Part shown: piece after piece, positions 20,305 through 30,400 of the stretch
Layout: each line of letters opens with the position of its first letter
How positions within the stretch are numbered: position 1 is the stretch's first letter
Assembly (NCBI GenBank): GCA_963663405.2
Contig: CAXXSM010000012.1
Span: forward strand, 8,989 to 72,988
DNA: 64,000 nucleotides
Source: a bacterium
GTDB taxonomy: Bacteria; Hinthialibacterota; Hinthialibacteria; Hinthialibacterales; Hinthialibacteraceae
Direction of reading: 5' to 3'
Notes under the pieces: model-generated
What the model saw: only the letters and a program-made list of their open reading frames with translations
Database searches by the model: none
Told to the model about the DNA's origin: nothing
Position numbers and translations under genes: made by a program

Positions 20305-21297
20305 TCAACCTTTGAATTTTGAGCCGGCGCGTTGATCGACACGATACAGACTTTTCGGAGTGACGAAGGACTTCGTAAGAGATTTGGCGTATTCTTTCAT
20401 TTCCGCGGCGAATTCCGTCATAATCAAATAGCTGTCAATTTGTTGTTGGGCGGTTGTCACAATCCCAATGGAGACCGTCATGAGAGGAAAGCGTCTTTTT
20501 TCTCCTTGTCGATTTTCTGAGACAATATAACCACGTTCCATATCTTCCACATCATATTGAAATGGAATCAACGCGTCGAAGCTGGATGTAACGTAGCTAC
20601 AGACTTCATCAATGTTTTTACCATCGATGATCATGACAAAATCATCCCCCCCGATATGACCGACAAAATCACCCGGCGTGCCGAACATCCCTACCCCTTC
20701 ATTTAAAATGGTCGCTAAAATACGGATAACGTTATCCCCGCGATTGTATCCATATTTGTCATTAAACGCTTTGAAATTATCCAGATCGGCATAACACATG
20801 GCAATTGAAGCGCCGCGCTCCAACCGTTTCGTTGTCTGTTCTTCAATATAAACCGCGCCAGGAAGGCCAGTCAGAGGATTGGAGATTTGAAGGCGGATAT
20901 TTCGCCGGATACTCGTATAAATACGCGCGGCAAGAACTTCCGGTAGAAAGGGCTTCGCGACAAAATCTTCCGCGCCGGCTTCCAGCGCTTGGATCTCCTT
21001 TTCCGTATCCCGGTTTCCCACCACAATGATGATGGGCATGGTGTATGTTAGAGGATTATCTTTTAATTTGTGGGCGATTTGAATGGCGTGATTCCCAAGG
21101 GTATCCATATCAAGGAGTAAAACATTGGGAATTTGAGCGATAATTTGTTCGTATAATTTTTCCGGGTTGGATCGCTTTTCAAGAATATAACCAATCTCTC
21201 GAAGATAATCGAGATATGTCTCATCCGGATCGCTGATTCCTACGGCGATCAAAGTACGTGATTCTTCGAGATGCTGTTCATCCTTTAATTTCATCAT
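20305..21297 (-). CDS. Response-regulator receiver + GGDEF diguanylate cyclase
   Basis: Receiver (LLLD, GAEDFVAKPF); NPLTGLPG, DLDNFKAFNDKYG, HIGGDDF. Confidence 0.9.
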   Translation of the reverse strand: MMKLKDEQHLEESRTLIAVGISDPDETYLDYLREIGYILEKRSNPEKLYEQIIAQIPNVLLLDMDTLGNHAIQIAHKLKDNPLTYTMPIIIVVGNRDTEKEIQALEAGAEDFVAKPFLPEVLAARIYTSIRRNIRLQISNPLTGLPGAVYIEEQTTKRLERGASIAMCYADLDNFKAFNDKYGYNRGDNVIRILATILNEGVGMFGTPGDFVGHIGGDDFVMIIDGKNIDEVCSYVTSSFDALIPFQYDVEDMERGYIVSENRQGEKRRFPLMTVSIGIVTTAQQQIDSYLIMTEFAAEMKEYAKSLTKSFVTPKSLYRVDQRAGSKFKG

Positions 21298-21452
21298 ATC
21301 ACATACAAAAAGTTAAGATCTCGTTCAAAGAAACTGATTGAACAGATTTATCGATGTATAGTTGTTGGTTTTCATTATCCTATTTTGTATCTTAAAATTT
21401 AAAATATTCAATACTTTACAACGAATTTCAATGGAAATCAATTCATAATTTT

Positions 21453-24400
21453 TTATCGCATTTGAGCTTTGACAATTCGGTGATTGCGGGAATCAGCGAT
21501 ATAGAGCGTTCCATCCTGCGCAACGGCGATCCCTTTCGGGCCATTCAAATATCCCATTCCCGCTCCGGTTCCGCCACCCAGAGATACATTTTGACCTAGT
21601 GGATCGAAACGATGAATCATTCCCGCGGTTGAATCTGTGACATAAACATTCCCCGCGCGATCCACCGCTACATAGGGTTCAATCTGTAGATATCCATACT
21701 CGCCTTCCCCTTTCCAGCCGAGGACTTTTCTCTCTTTTACCGCTTGTCCTTTTTTATTGAATGCGACAACATGCTGGTTCACAACACCGCAGACATAAAT
21801 CAATCCATCAGGGGCGGCTGTGACACCGACAGGTTCTTGGATTTCGTTTTTCCCGATCGTTCCTCCAAAAGATCCATCCGGTTTATACCAGGCGATTTGG
21901 TGATGGCCGGTATCCGCCACATACAGCGTTCCATCCATACCGACTCCTAACCCTCGTGGATTGTAAAACGGCTGCTTATCCGCGTTGACAATAGGAGTGA
22001 GGGGATTCCCGTCTTTATCAAACCGCAGAATCCGCCCCGTGCCGGCCCAGGTGTCTGTGACGAAGACCGTACCATCTGGACCTACGCCGATCCCTCCATT
22101 TGGGTTTCCATATTGATTGATTGTCAACTGCCCCGGTCCGGAGCCTTTGGAACCGAATGATTTAATAAAATTCAGGTCCTTGTCAAACACCTGGATACGC
22201 GCGTTGCCCGAATCCAGAACATAGACGGTACTCTCATCCGGCGACAACGCGACGCCTCGCGGATCGTTGAATTCTCCATTCCTGACGCCAAACCGGCCGA
22301 TGGTTTTCAATTGGCGCAACGGGCTCGAGGTTTTTTCATAGCCTTTCGCGACGATCAGTTCGCCTTCCGTTTCTAAAAGCGGTTGACGCACATAGAAGTT
22401 AATGTCTTCTGAACCGGGTGGATACCAGACATCCCGATACAAGAGGTATTTCCACAGCGCGAGCCAAGCTTGCTGCTGCTGTTTGCTTCTTCGAAAATCG
22501 TTAAATGGAAAGACGCGTTGCGAAGCGAGTTCCTTATTCGGATTCTTCGTATCGCCGGGACGGGGCCACCAGACACGGTGCTTTACTCGCCGTTTCGTAT
22601 ACTTGCCCTGGCACCAGACCTTCATCCGCGATTCAAATTCTGTATTGACTAACAAATATGGAATATTCGGTGGTGGAAGCGCGATCGTCTCCTCCCCTTG
22701 CGGGTGGGTTCTGTAATGCCGCAGGTACCACGAGTACGGCCAGTTAGCTTCTCCCCACAGAAAAGCGATCGTTTTTCGAGGCTTTTTTTGAGGATTTATG
22801 GGCATATAATCGAGCCCCAAAATTTGGGCGCCGCGTTCGATTTCTTTCACGATATCCGTCGCGGAATGATCGGTTTGGGTATATACAATGACTTCCCTTG
22901 GATTGTCATTGTTGTATACATTTAAAAAGATATTGGTGCGCGCTTCATAGAGAACGAAAAGACCCACGAAAACAGCGAACACGCTCCGGATCGCCCCCGG
23001 TTTCAGCTGCGCCCAAACATCACCAATAAACACTCCCGCCAGCAAGAGCAACGGCAGTACCTGATGTACGAGAAGCCAAGGCACTTTCTCTTCCAGCAGC
23101 GCATAGATCAATAATGAGCATACGCTCCAATAAATAAGAAAAATCCGGAGACCATTCGGAAGCAGACGATTGGCTGTTTCTTCCTCGGGCGCCGCCTGTT
23201 TTTCCGTTTCCGGTGGGATAAATGAAAACGAGGCGATCAACTTCTTCCCGAACACGATCGCCATAGCGAAACAGAGACAGATCAACCAGATCAGAACCGT
23301 CTGGCTGCTTTGCGGGGAATGGAGAAGAATCACGTGAATGTATAAATACACAGTGCCCAAAAACGCCAGCATGAATCCAGCGAAATTGAACCCTTTTAAT
23401 TTCTTGATCAAGTAAACGAAAAAAGCGATGACAGAGAAGACAACCCCGATGACTTCATAAATAATAATCCGGGGAATGTAATAATCCGACGGGCCGGGAA
23501 TCCGTGGATCGCCCTGCTGGCCCATCCAGTAGAGCAGATAATTGATCACCCCATCCTTCATCCCCTCCGGATGGTGACCGAGGGCGGTGAAGAGAAGGGA
23601 ATAGACCGCCAGCGCGAGAAGTATACACGTCAGAAAAATGATGTTTCCCTGACAGAAGCGTTTAAAAAATGAAACTTCTTTCTGCGGTGGAGAAAGCCAG
23701 GCGCGCAGAATTTCGATCCCAATAAAGATCACCAGAAAAACGCCAAATCCCGTGATGATCCACGCGGGGATAATCCACGAATGAGCGCTTACATATTGGT
23801 TCCAGCTGTTTTCCAGAACGCCCATGGAAAAAGAGCCTTGGCCGCTCTGTGTTTTAAGACGCAACGCGGTTTCCAGAAAGACGGGCCGGTGCGTAACGAA
23901 GGCGACGAGGGAAAAGGCGAAGAAAGAAAACACGGCGTACAACGCCGTCAGTTTCACGAATGGAGCCCGATCGACAAAGATATCACAAAGCGCTTTTCGT
24001 CGGTCTTCTTTCGGAAATTTAAAATAGTAATAGACGCCATATAACACGGCGAATGAACCAAAGAAAAAGCCCGTCATGTACGAATTTTCCTTGCACGTAT
24101 ACATCAGCGCAAGAAAGAATGTCATCCAGATTAAATCCCCGCTGCGCCTCGATCGCAGATATTCCAACGCGAAGACGAGGATCCCCATCGCCATGGCCGC
24201 CATATAAATATCGTTCCGGGCGAATCGGGAAAAATAGGTCAACACAGGCGAAGCGGCGACAAGAAGAAGCGCGGTAAACGCGCCTTCCTTTCCAATCCAC
24301 GGTTTTAACCGCCAGACAAAATATAACAGCAGAATCCCAAACGAAACAAAGGGCAACCGGGCGGTAAAATCATTGTCTCCGAACAGAAGAAAGAAAAGAG

Positions 24401-24623
24401 CGCCGTAATGATAGAGAAACGGACCGTGATAAGTAGGATCGTAAGCCTTAAACTCTTCTCCGGTGTACATTCTATAGGAATAATAAGCATGTATCGATTC
24501 ATCATGATGGATCGCCATCCGGTCCAATTCGTAGAGCCGCATGAATACGCCGAAAAAAACAACCGCGGCCACGCATAGACCAAATCGAGTTATTTGGATT
24601 TGATTCTGAGATCGAGAGGGCAT
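21453..24623 (-). CDS. TIGR03663-like GT-C membrane protein fused to C-terminal NHL repeats
   Basis: HHDESIH, YDPTYHGPFL, SRFARND, KEN, EKVPWL, YTQT, WPYSWYLR; NHL repeats (FNDPRGVA, YVADTGHHQI, YIADSRNHRI). Confidence 0.8.
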   Translation of the reverse strand: MPSRSQNQIQITRFGLCVAAVVFFGVFMRLYELDRMAIHHDESIHAYYSYRMYTGEEFKAYDPTYHGPFLYHYGALFFLLFGDNDFTARLPFVSFGILLLYFVWRLKPWIGKEGAFTALLLVAASPVLTYFSRFARNDIYMAAMAMGILVFALEYLRSRRSGDLIWMTFFLALMYTCKENSYMTGFFFGSFAVLYGVYYYFKFPKEDRRKALCDIFVDRAPFVKLTALYAVFSFFAFSLVAFVTHRPVFLETALRLKTQSGQGSFSMGVLENSWNQYVSAHSWIIPAWIITGFGVFLVIFIGIEILRAWLSPPQKEVSFFKRFCQGNIIFLTCILLALAVYSLLFTALGHHPEGMKDGVINYLLYWMGQQGDPRIPGPSDYYIPRIIIYEVIGVVFSVIAFFVYLIKKLKGFNFAGFMLAFLGTVYLYIHVILLHSPQSSQTVLIWLICLCFAMAIVFGKKLIASFSFIPPETEKQAAPEEETANRLLPNGLRIFLIYWSVCSLLIYALLEEKVPWLLVHQVLPLLLLAGVFIGDVWAQLKPGAIRSVFAVFVGLFVLYEARTNIFLNVYNNDNPREVIVYTQTDHSATDIVKEIERGAQILGLDYMPINPQKKPRKTIAFLWGEANWPYSWYLRHYRTHPQGEETIALPPPNIPYLLVNTEFESRMKVWCQGKYTKRRVKHRVWWPRPGDTKNPNKELASQRVFPFNDFRRSKQQQQAWLALWKYLLYRDVWYPPGSEDINFYVRQPLLETEGELIVAKGYEKTSSPLRQLKTIGRFGVRNGEFNDPRGVALSPDESTVYVLDSGNARIQVFDKDLNFIKSFGSKGSGPGQLTINQYGNPNGGIGVGPDGTVFVTDTWAGTGRILRFDKDGNPLTPIVNADKQPFYNPRGLGVGMDGTLYVADTGHHQIAWYKPDGSFGGTIGKNEIQEPVGVTAAPDGLIYVCGVVNQHVVAFNKKGQAVKERKVLGWKGEGEYGYLQIEPYVAVDRAGNVYVTDSTAGMIHRFDPLGQNVSLGGGTGAGMGYLNGPKGIAVAQDGTLYIADSRNHRIVKAQMR

Positions 24624-24816
24624 TGGATAAAAAATGTCTCCTTATACAGGTTTTTAGACACAATAGCACAAACTAAGAGAATTGTTACGGAGTGGGGGCA
24701 TTTTGTCTAGAGCGTAATCCCTTGTAAAGACAATCATTTTATGACTTTCTTTTTATTCATTTTCAATGTAAAATAAGGATATTCTATTATTTTGTCCGGT
24801 TTTTTTTTGGAGGTGT

Positions 24817-25284
24817 TTGATGGTCCAAGAGCGTGTTTGTGTTGTTTGTGGGGGACCCATGAACAAAATTACTGGTGATATCTGCTGCAAGGAAGAAGAT
24901 CAATATCTCCTACTCGCCTGCAAAGGACACTTGCGTGACTTTGAAGACCGGCAATGTTCGATGGACGATGTCGTTGAATTGCTCTATGACGATCTCGCTG
25001 AATTCCTTGAAAAAAAGAATATGTCTATAGAGGATTACGATTACACCGGCGTTCTCAGTGAACTGGAACGGCGGATCTTTCGTTGGGTGAATAAAGAGAT
25101 GATCAATTTCCGTCAAATCGGCGGCATCGGTTTTTGCTCGATCTGTGGCTGCGCGGTACTGGCGGGATGGACCAAATGCACAAGCTGCTCGGATTCAAGC
25201 GGAATGAGAGATATATTGCAGCAAAGCGCGGGAATGTCAGCCCCAAAACAAGCGCCGAGAAGAGGGATGCATTTCAAAAGATAA
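24817..25284 (+). CDS. Cys-rich putative Zn-binding protein resembling YvyF/TIGR03826
   Basis: GGAGG RBS; CVVCG...ICC...IFRWV..EMINF...CSICG....G.TKCTSC...GMHF layout. Confidence 0.55.
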   Translation: MMVQERVCVVCGGPMNKITGDICCKEEDQYLLLACKGHLRDFEDRQCSMDDVVELLYDDLAEFLEKKNMSIEDYDYTGVLSELERRIFRWVNKEMINFRQIGGIGFCSICGCAVLAGWTKCTSCSDSSGMRDILQQSAGMSAPKQAPRRGMHFKR

Positions 25285-25544
25285 AAAATATTCGTCGAAT
25301 AATACATTAGATATATAGAAATATAATTTTCCTACACTGACATATTAAATTTATCTCTCCTCTAAAAACCAAAAAACTCTATCCCTGTCTCAATAGCGTT
25401 CAAATAAAAAATATTATTTTTAGACAATTCAACGCTCTTCCATTTCACTTTTCAATCTCTCTATCTCCTCTTTTTTGCGGCCTTTCTCTGTATTGGTAGA
25501 AGAGAATCCCGGAAGATTCCACCCATTTGGAGGAGATCATGTTT

Positions 25545-26849
25545 CACCGATTTCGGCAATGGCTGAAGAAAAAAAGCGCCGTCCCCACACCCCACGTTCG
25601 CTCATTCGCTTGGATCCCAGAGAAAAAAACGGATCTGCCCATTCACCCAAAATCCCATCCATTCTCTGAAAATCCCCTTTCGCTGTGGAATGACACGGAT
25701 GATTATTTGGCGCCGGCGGGGATTGATTTCCGAATCTTGTTCCCCATTCTGCGCCGGTTGCGGGATTATATCCCTGATGTGTCCGCCGGTGTGTGGGCGT
25801 GGGTTCGGTTGTGCTCCACTCCCCAATCGTTCTCCCTCTCCGGCGCCAGCGAAGCGGACCAAGCCCATGCGCGGAGTCTCTTATCCAATCTGGATAATCG
25901 GATTTTCGAATTCCAACATGAACGCGACCGGGGTGTGGAGGCGCTTGTTCAATGTTTCTTTCTCTCCGTCTTTACCTACGGCAGTTTTTGTGGGGAAGTG
26001 GTTCTACACGAATCGCGGAAGCGGATTGACCGGTTTATCGTCATCGATCCAGCGGTGATTCGTTTCAAATTGGATCCATCCACAAGAGAACTGCGCCCCT
26101 ATCAAATTTTGAATGACAGCTCACTCATTCCTCTGAATCCCGCTTCGTTTTATTATTTCGGATTGGATACGGATGGTTTGTCGCCGTATGGGCGATCTCC
26201 ATTGCTGGCGTTGCCCTTTGTGGTGAAACTGCAGCAACAGATGTTGGCCGATATGGCGAAGGCGCAGCACAACGCCGGTTATCCAGCCGTTCATTTCCGC
26301 CTTCAAACGCCGGAACGAATGACCAGCGAAACGCCTAATGAGTATTACGAACGAGTATTGAACGAGATTCAAACCACACGCAATGAAATCGAACGGAAAA
26401 AATCTGACAGCAATTTCGTCAGTTTTGACAACATGGATGTGCGCTACATTGGCCCATCCGGTAATACGCTGCAATGGTCTGAAAGCATGCAGGCCATTGG
26501 AGAGCAGGTGGTCTCCGCGCTTCACTTGGCGCCGTTTATGATCGGCCGCAATTGGGGAACGACCCAATCCTGGGGAACGGCGCAGTATCAGCTGTTGACC
26601 AACAACGCGAAAACCGTTCAAGAAGGCGCGAAACGGCTGGCCGAATGGCTGCGGAATCTCGAACTGATTCTACAAGGCTCCCCCGTCAAGGTCACTCATC
26701 ACTTCGCCCCCCATCACCACCTGGACGCGGCCGATCGCGCGAGCGCCTTCAAAACTTCCGCCGAAACATTGGTGATGTTGAACGAGAAAGGTTTCATCGA
26801 TTCCCAAGCGGTGAAACAGCGCATGGAAAATTTATTGCGATTTATGTAA
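25545..26849 (+). CDS. Phage portal-like protein (solitary)
   Basis: LRDYIPDVSAGV, YGSFCGEVV, YGRSPLLALPFV, EQVVSALHLAPFMIG are typical portal-family segments; GGAG RBS before MFHRF (start about 25539-25545, ORF open from 25527). Confidence 0.65.
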   Translation, partial: HRFRQWLKKKSAVPTPHVRSFAWIPEKKTDLPIHPKSHPFSENPLSLWNDTDDYLAPAGIDFRILFPILRRLRDYIPDVSAGVWAWVRLCSTPQSFSLSGASEADQAHARSLLSNLDNRIFEFQHERDRGVEALVQCFFLSVFTYGSFCGEVVLHESRKRIDRFIVIDPAVIRFKLDPSTRELRPYQILNDSSLIPLNPASFYYFGLDTDGLSPYGRSPLLALPFVVKLQQQMLADMAKAQHNAGYPAVHFRLQTPERMTSETPNEYYERVLNEIQTTRNEIERKKSDSNFVSFDNMDVRYIGPSGNTLQWSESMQAIGEQVVSALHLAPFMIGRNWGTTQSWGTAQYQLLTNNAKTVQEGAKRLAEWLRNLELILQGSPVKVTHHFAPHHHLDAADRASAFKTSAETLVMLNEKGFIDSQAVKQRMENLLRFM

Positions 26850-26950
26850 AGCATGTATAAAATAAGGGCGCTTCCGTTCTACGCGCTGGTGGCTAGACTG
26901 ATTGAAAATATCTAATAACTGATGTTACGCAACTTCATTGATTGAGATTT

Positions 26951-27098
26951 TTTTGTCTGAATCCGGATGGACAGGACAACCAGGATATACAGGATAGGTA
27001 TTATCAGAGTGATATTGATCATCGAATAGTAAAATTTGTACTCAAAGTTTTTTATCCTGGTTATCCTTTTCATCTTGGGTATCCAGATTCAGACAAAA
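26951..27098. repeat. Inverted-repeat element with 9-bp periodic arms (family B copy 1)
   Basis: TTTTGTCTGAATCCGGAT-(nnnAGGAY)x3 ... (ATCCT/ATCTT)x3-ATCCAGATTCAGACAAAA around an AT-rich core. Confidence 0.75.
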
Positions 27099-27167
27099 GC
27101 GGATTCAGAGAAGAACTTCAATCTATTGGTTTGCGTAACACCAGCTAATAATACGAATTGAAATCGA

Positions 27168-28079
27168 ATGAATGAAAAAATCCACAAATCCGGTTTCGCC
27201 GCTCTCATCGGCCGCCCCAACGCGGGGAAATCTACGCTGTTGAATCAGATTCTCGGCACAAAATTGATCGCCGTCACTCCCCGCCCGCAGACCACCCGCA
27301 ACCGGATTTTTGGCATCTACGATCGCGAAGACACGCAGATCGTCTTCCAGGACACCCCCGGTTTGCTGGAACCAAAAGACGCGCTGCACCAGTTCATGAC
27401 GCGGGAGGCGGAACGGGCGTTGAAGGATGCGGATGTGGCCGTCTGGTTAATCGATTCGATTAAAGGCGTCACCGCCCGTGAACGCGGGATCGCAACCAAT
27501 GTGCTATCCAATTTGAGTATCCCCTTATTCGCCGCTTTCAATAAAATCGATAAAATCAATCCGGATCAAATCCCCGCATTAGAAAAAGAACTTGAAGGAT
27601 TTCAATTCGATCCACCCCCTACGAAAATTTTCATCTCCGCCTTGCTGGGGCACGGCGTAGGGAATTTATTGCGGCAAGTCACCGAATGTCTGCAAGAAGG
27701 ACCGAAATTCTATCCCCCCGATCAATTAAGCGACCGCACGCAACGTTTCTTCGTGGAAGAGATTGTCCGCGAAAAAGCCTTCCTCCAACTCCGCCAGGAA
27801 CTCCCCTATTCACTCGCGGTCCGGGTGGAAGAGATGAAAGAGCGGGAAAACGGTCTCACCGCGATCCGCGCCGTCCTTTTTGTGGAACGAGAAACCCAAA
27901 AAAGAATCGTCTTAGGCAAAAAAGGCGCGGCGATCAAACATATCGGAATCGAGGCACGCAAAGAAATCGAAACGATGCTGGACGGCAAAGTGTTTCTCGA
28001 ATTATGGGTGAAAGTGAGTGAACGCTGGCGGAAAAAAGAAGACCGCCTCCGTGAATTCGGCTATACCGAAACCACCTAA
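27168..28079 (+). CDS. era: GTPase Era
   Basis: GRPNAGKSTLLN, PQTTR, DTPG, NKID, ELPYS, KH domain VFLELWVKV. Confidence 0.97.
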   Translation: MNEKIHKSGFAALIGRPNAGKSTLLNQILGTKLIAVTPRPQTTRNRIFGIYDREDTQIVFQDTPGLLEPKDALHQFMTREAERALKDADVAVWLIDSIKGVTARERGIATNVLSNLSIPLFAAFNKIDKINPDQIPALEKELEGFQFDPPPTKIFISALLGHGVGNLLRQVTECLQEGPKFYPPDQLSDRTQRFFVEEIVREKAFLQLRQELPYSLAVRVEEMKERENGLTAIRAVLFVERETQKRIVLGKKGAAIKHIGIEARKEIETMLDGKVFLELWVKVSERWRKKEDRLREFGYTETT

Positions 28080-28120
28080 AATCTCTCCCAAATTAAAATG
28101 GATTGTCCAGTACACAGTTC

Positions 28121-28149
28121 AATGGAGCGCGGGCATCCCGCCTGTAAAA
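28121..28149 (+). repeat. REP-like palindrome, family A copy 2
   Basis: AATGGAGCGCGGGCATCCCGCCTGTAAAA. Confidence 0.75.
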
Positions 28150-28255
28150 AAATACATTTTTCGATTGAACTTTAATCCCCCCATTACGTTTCATCAAAGA
28201 GGGTATCTACACCCACAAGTGTTTCACTCCATGTGTCAAGAAAGGAAAAACAACC

Positions 28256-29251
28256 ATGCGTATTCTCACAAGTTCTCTTCTTGGGATTCTGATTGCGGCT
28301 GTGTCCCCCTTCCTAAACGCGAACAGCGCCAGAGCGGAAGAACAAATCGTTCTAAATCCATCACCGCAGGATACACTTCCTATCCTTGGATCAACTGGAA
28401 TGATCGAGAAAGGCGTTGAAACTCTCACAGTCCGGTTGAAGAATGGTGAAACCACCATTGTGCCCGTCCCACTTGAAAATGATGTTCCTCTCGATATCAG
28501 CAAACGGCAATATGGAAAAGGAAAACAATTAGAAAAAGACGCCAAGGATTTTCCCGAATTGGCGAAAACGGGCCTGCACAATGAAGACCAATTGAGAAAG
28601 ACAAAGACGATTACGGGAAAACCAGTTGATGAGATTACAAAAATCGGCCGCCCGAACCAAGCCTCCAGCGCAGGATTCATAGATGAGGATGAAGATATCC
28701 TTTCCGTGTTAATCGGTGACAACCGGCTTGTGCGGAGTATGGGCCTGACACATCCCGAACTGGCCAAACCATTATTCCATATATTGAATCTAGTCCTGGA
28801 CGAATATCAACGCAAAGGGCCCCAGCGCTTCATCCTCAGCGATGTCGAAGCGATTCTATACAATTATGAGGAGATTCACTTTAAGGGAGAGGGATCAAAA
28901 GGCTCTCAAGAATCCATTTTCAACGATGAAATCCGTGGCAACGCGCAATTCAATATCACACGGGATCTGAAGGAAGAAGAACAGGCGTTTTTAAAGAAAA
29001 AATACGCCCGCTTGAATACACTGGAATTTGATAAAATGGTTAAAAAACTCACTCTCATCCATACCGGCGAAATGGAACCGTATTACATCATGCGTTATGG
29101 TTTCTACGAGGGGCACACATACTTTCGCGCGGATCCCATCGCGATCGCGTTTGTTTTTGGATTGCTAAGCATTGAAGAAATTGAGAATGCATTCCCAGGA
29201 TGTCTATATGAAGCATTGACCGAACACTTCACGCCAAAAACAGTTCAATAA
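28256..29251 (+). CDS. Secreted hypothetical protein
   Basis: Signal peptide ending ARA-EE; motif-like C-terminus HTGEMEPYYIMRYGFYEGHT. Confidence 0.75.
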   Translation: MRILTSSLLGILIAAVSPFLNANSARAEEQIVLNPSPQDTLPILGSTGMIEKGVETLTVRLKNGETTIVPVPLENDVPLDISKRQYGKGKQLEKDAKDFPELAKTGLHNEDQLRKTKTITGKPVDEITKIGRPNQASSAGFIDEDEDILSVLIGDNRLVRSMGLTHPELAKPLFHILNLVLDEYQRKGPQRFILSDVEAILYNYEEIHFKGEGSKGSQESIFNDEIRGNAQFNITRDLKEEEQAFLKKKYARLNTLEFDKMVKKLTLIHTGEMEPYYIMRYGFYEGHTYFRADPIAIAFVFGLLSIEEIENAFPGCLYEALTEHFTPKTVQ

Positions 29252-29303
29252 TTCCTTCATATGGGAAATTTTGACGCCTTACACTGCTATACAGGATTCT
29301 TTA

Positions 29304-29385
29304 TTGTCTGAACCTTGATTCGCTTGATTTTCTTGATTTTTGAATCATGGTAATCCTATAATCCTTAGAATCAGGGTTCATACGA
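29304..29385. repeat. Degenerate family B inverted-repeat element (copy 2)
   Basis: TTGTCTGAACCTTGATT-(nnCTTGATT)x2 ... (AATC)x4-AGGGTTCATACGA. Confidence 0.55.
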
Positions 29386-29522
29386 TTATGTTATACTGCA
29401 AGATGAGCATAATGACTACAAGGATTCTTGGAACTGAATTATCGAAATAACATTTAATTCTAAATTCCGTAAATACATAAAAAAAATAGTATTCCATAGA
29501 AACCTTAACAAAGGATTATCGC

Positions 29523-30392
29523 GTGCACATAGTCATCTTTATTATCCTCTTTTTAATCTCACCAATTGCCACCGCAAAAGAACCGTTCGAACCAGAATTA
29601 ATAGAAATCCCCGCTGGGCCGTTTTTGTTCGGTTCGTCCCCCAAAGAACGAAGCGAATTCCTCACCCCCTCTCACGAACCGCATCAATCCAAAGTATTCC
29701 TTAACACATACTACATCGGAAAATTTGAAGTCACAAACGAAGAATACGCTTTCTTCATTGATGAAGGCGGGTATGAAAACAAAACATATTGGTCCGAAGA
29801 CGGCTGGCGGTTTCGAAATCGTTTTTCATGGAAGGAACCCCGCTGTTGGAGGGATAAAGACTATCACCTTTTATGGAAAGAAGGACGCCCCGTCTGCGCC
29901 GTCAGCTGGTTCGAAGCGCAGGCGTACTGTCGCTGGCTCTCGCTAAAGACAAACAAACCCTACCGGCTTCCCACGGAGCAGGAATGGGAAAAAGCCGCGC
30001 GGGGCCCCAACGGCTCCATCTTCCCTTGGGGCGATGAATGGGATCAAACCGCCTGCAATTGGCTGGGCGACCCACTTGGTTACCGCGATCCCAATCTCGA
30101 AATCGATCGTAATATACGCACGGGCCGCGTCGATTTCTATCCAAGTGGAGTCAGCTTTTACGGATGCCACAACATGGCCGGGAATGTGCTGGAATGGGTC
30201 GACGGCCCTTTTTATAAGAATGATGTGTCAAATACAACGATCCGGATCTTTCGTGGAGGTTCGTTCCTCTCCGGCTATCCCCGTTTTCTGCGCTGCGCCT
30301 GGCGAGGCGGAACCCGCCCGGAAATCGGCTATGTCTATTGGGGAATCATCGGTTTTCGAGTGGCGATGGACGCTGGGGAAGAAGAAAGTTAA
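29523..30392 (+). CDS. Formylglycine-generating enzyme (SUMF1/FGE-sulfatase) domain protein
   Basis: IPAGPFLFG, EVTNEEY, PV..VSWFEAQAYC, RLPTEQEWEKAARG, MAGNVLEW, RGGSF, GFR. Confidence 0.9.
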   Translation: MHIVIFIILFLISPIATAKEPFEPELIEIPAGPFLFGSSPKERSEFLTPSHEPHQSKVFLNTYYIGKFEVTNEEYAFFIDEGGYENKTYWSEDGWRFRNRFSWKEPRCWRDKDYHLLWKEGRPVCAVSWFEAQAYCRWLSLKTNKPYRLPTEQEWEKAARGPNGSIFPWGDEWDQTACNWLGDPLGYRDPNLEIDRNIRTGRVDFYPSGVSFYGCHNMAGNVLEWVDGPFYKNDVSNTTIRIFRGGSFLSGYPRFLRCAWRGGTRPEIGYVYWGIIGFRVAMDAGEEES

Positions 30393-30400
30393 TCACAACC

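Noticed and set aside
20305-21297. GGDDF as a degenerate or cGAMP-making (Hypr) cyclase
   Set aside because: GGDDF is a common variant, and the metal- and guanine-binding residues (DLDNFK, ND..G...GD) are canonical.
24817-27100. Prophage
   Set aside because: Only a portal-like gene is present; no integrase, terminase, capsid, tail or att sites are visible.
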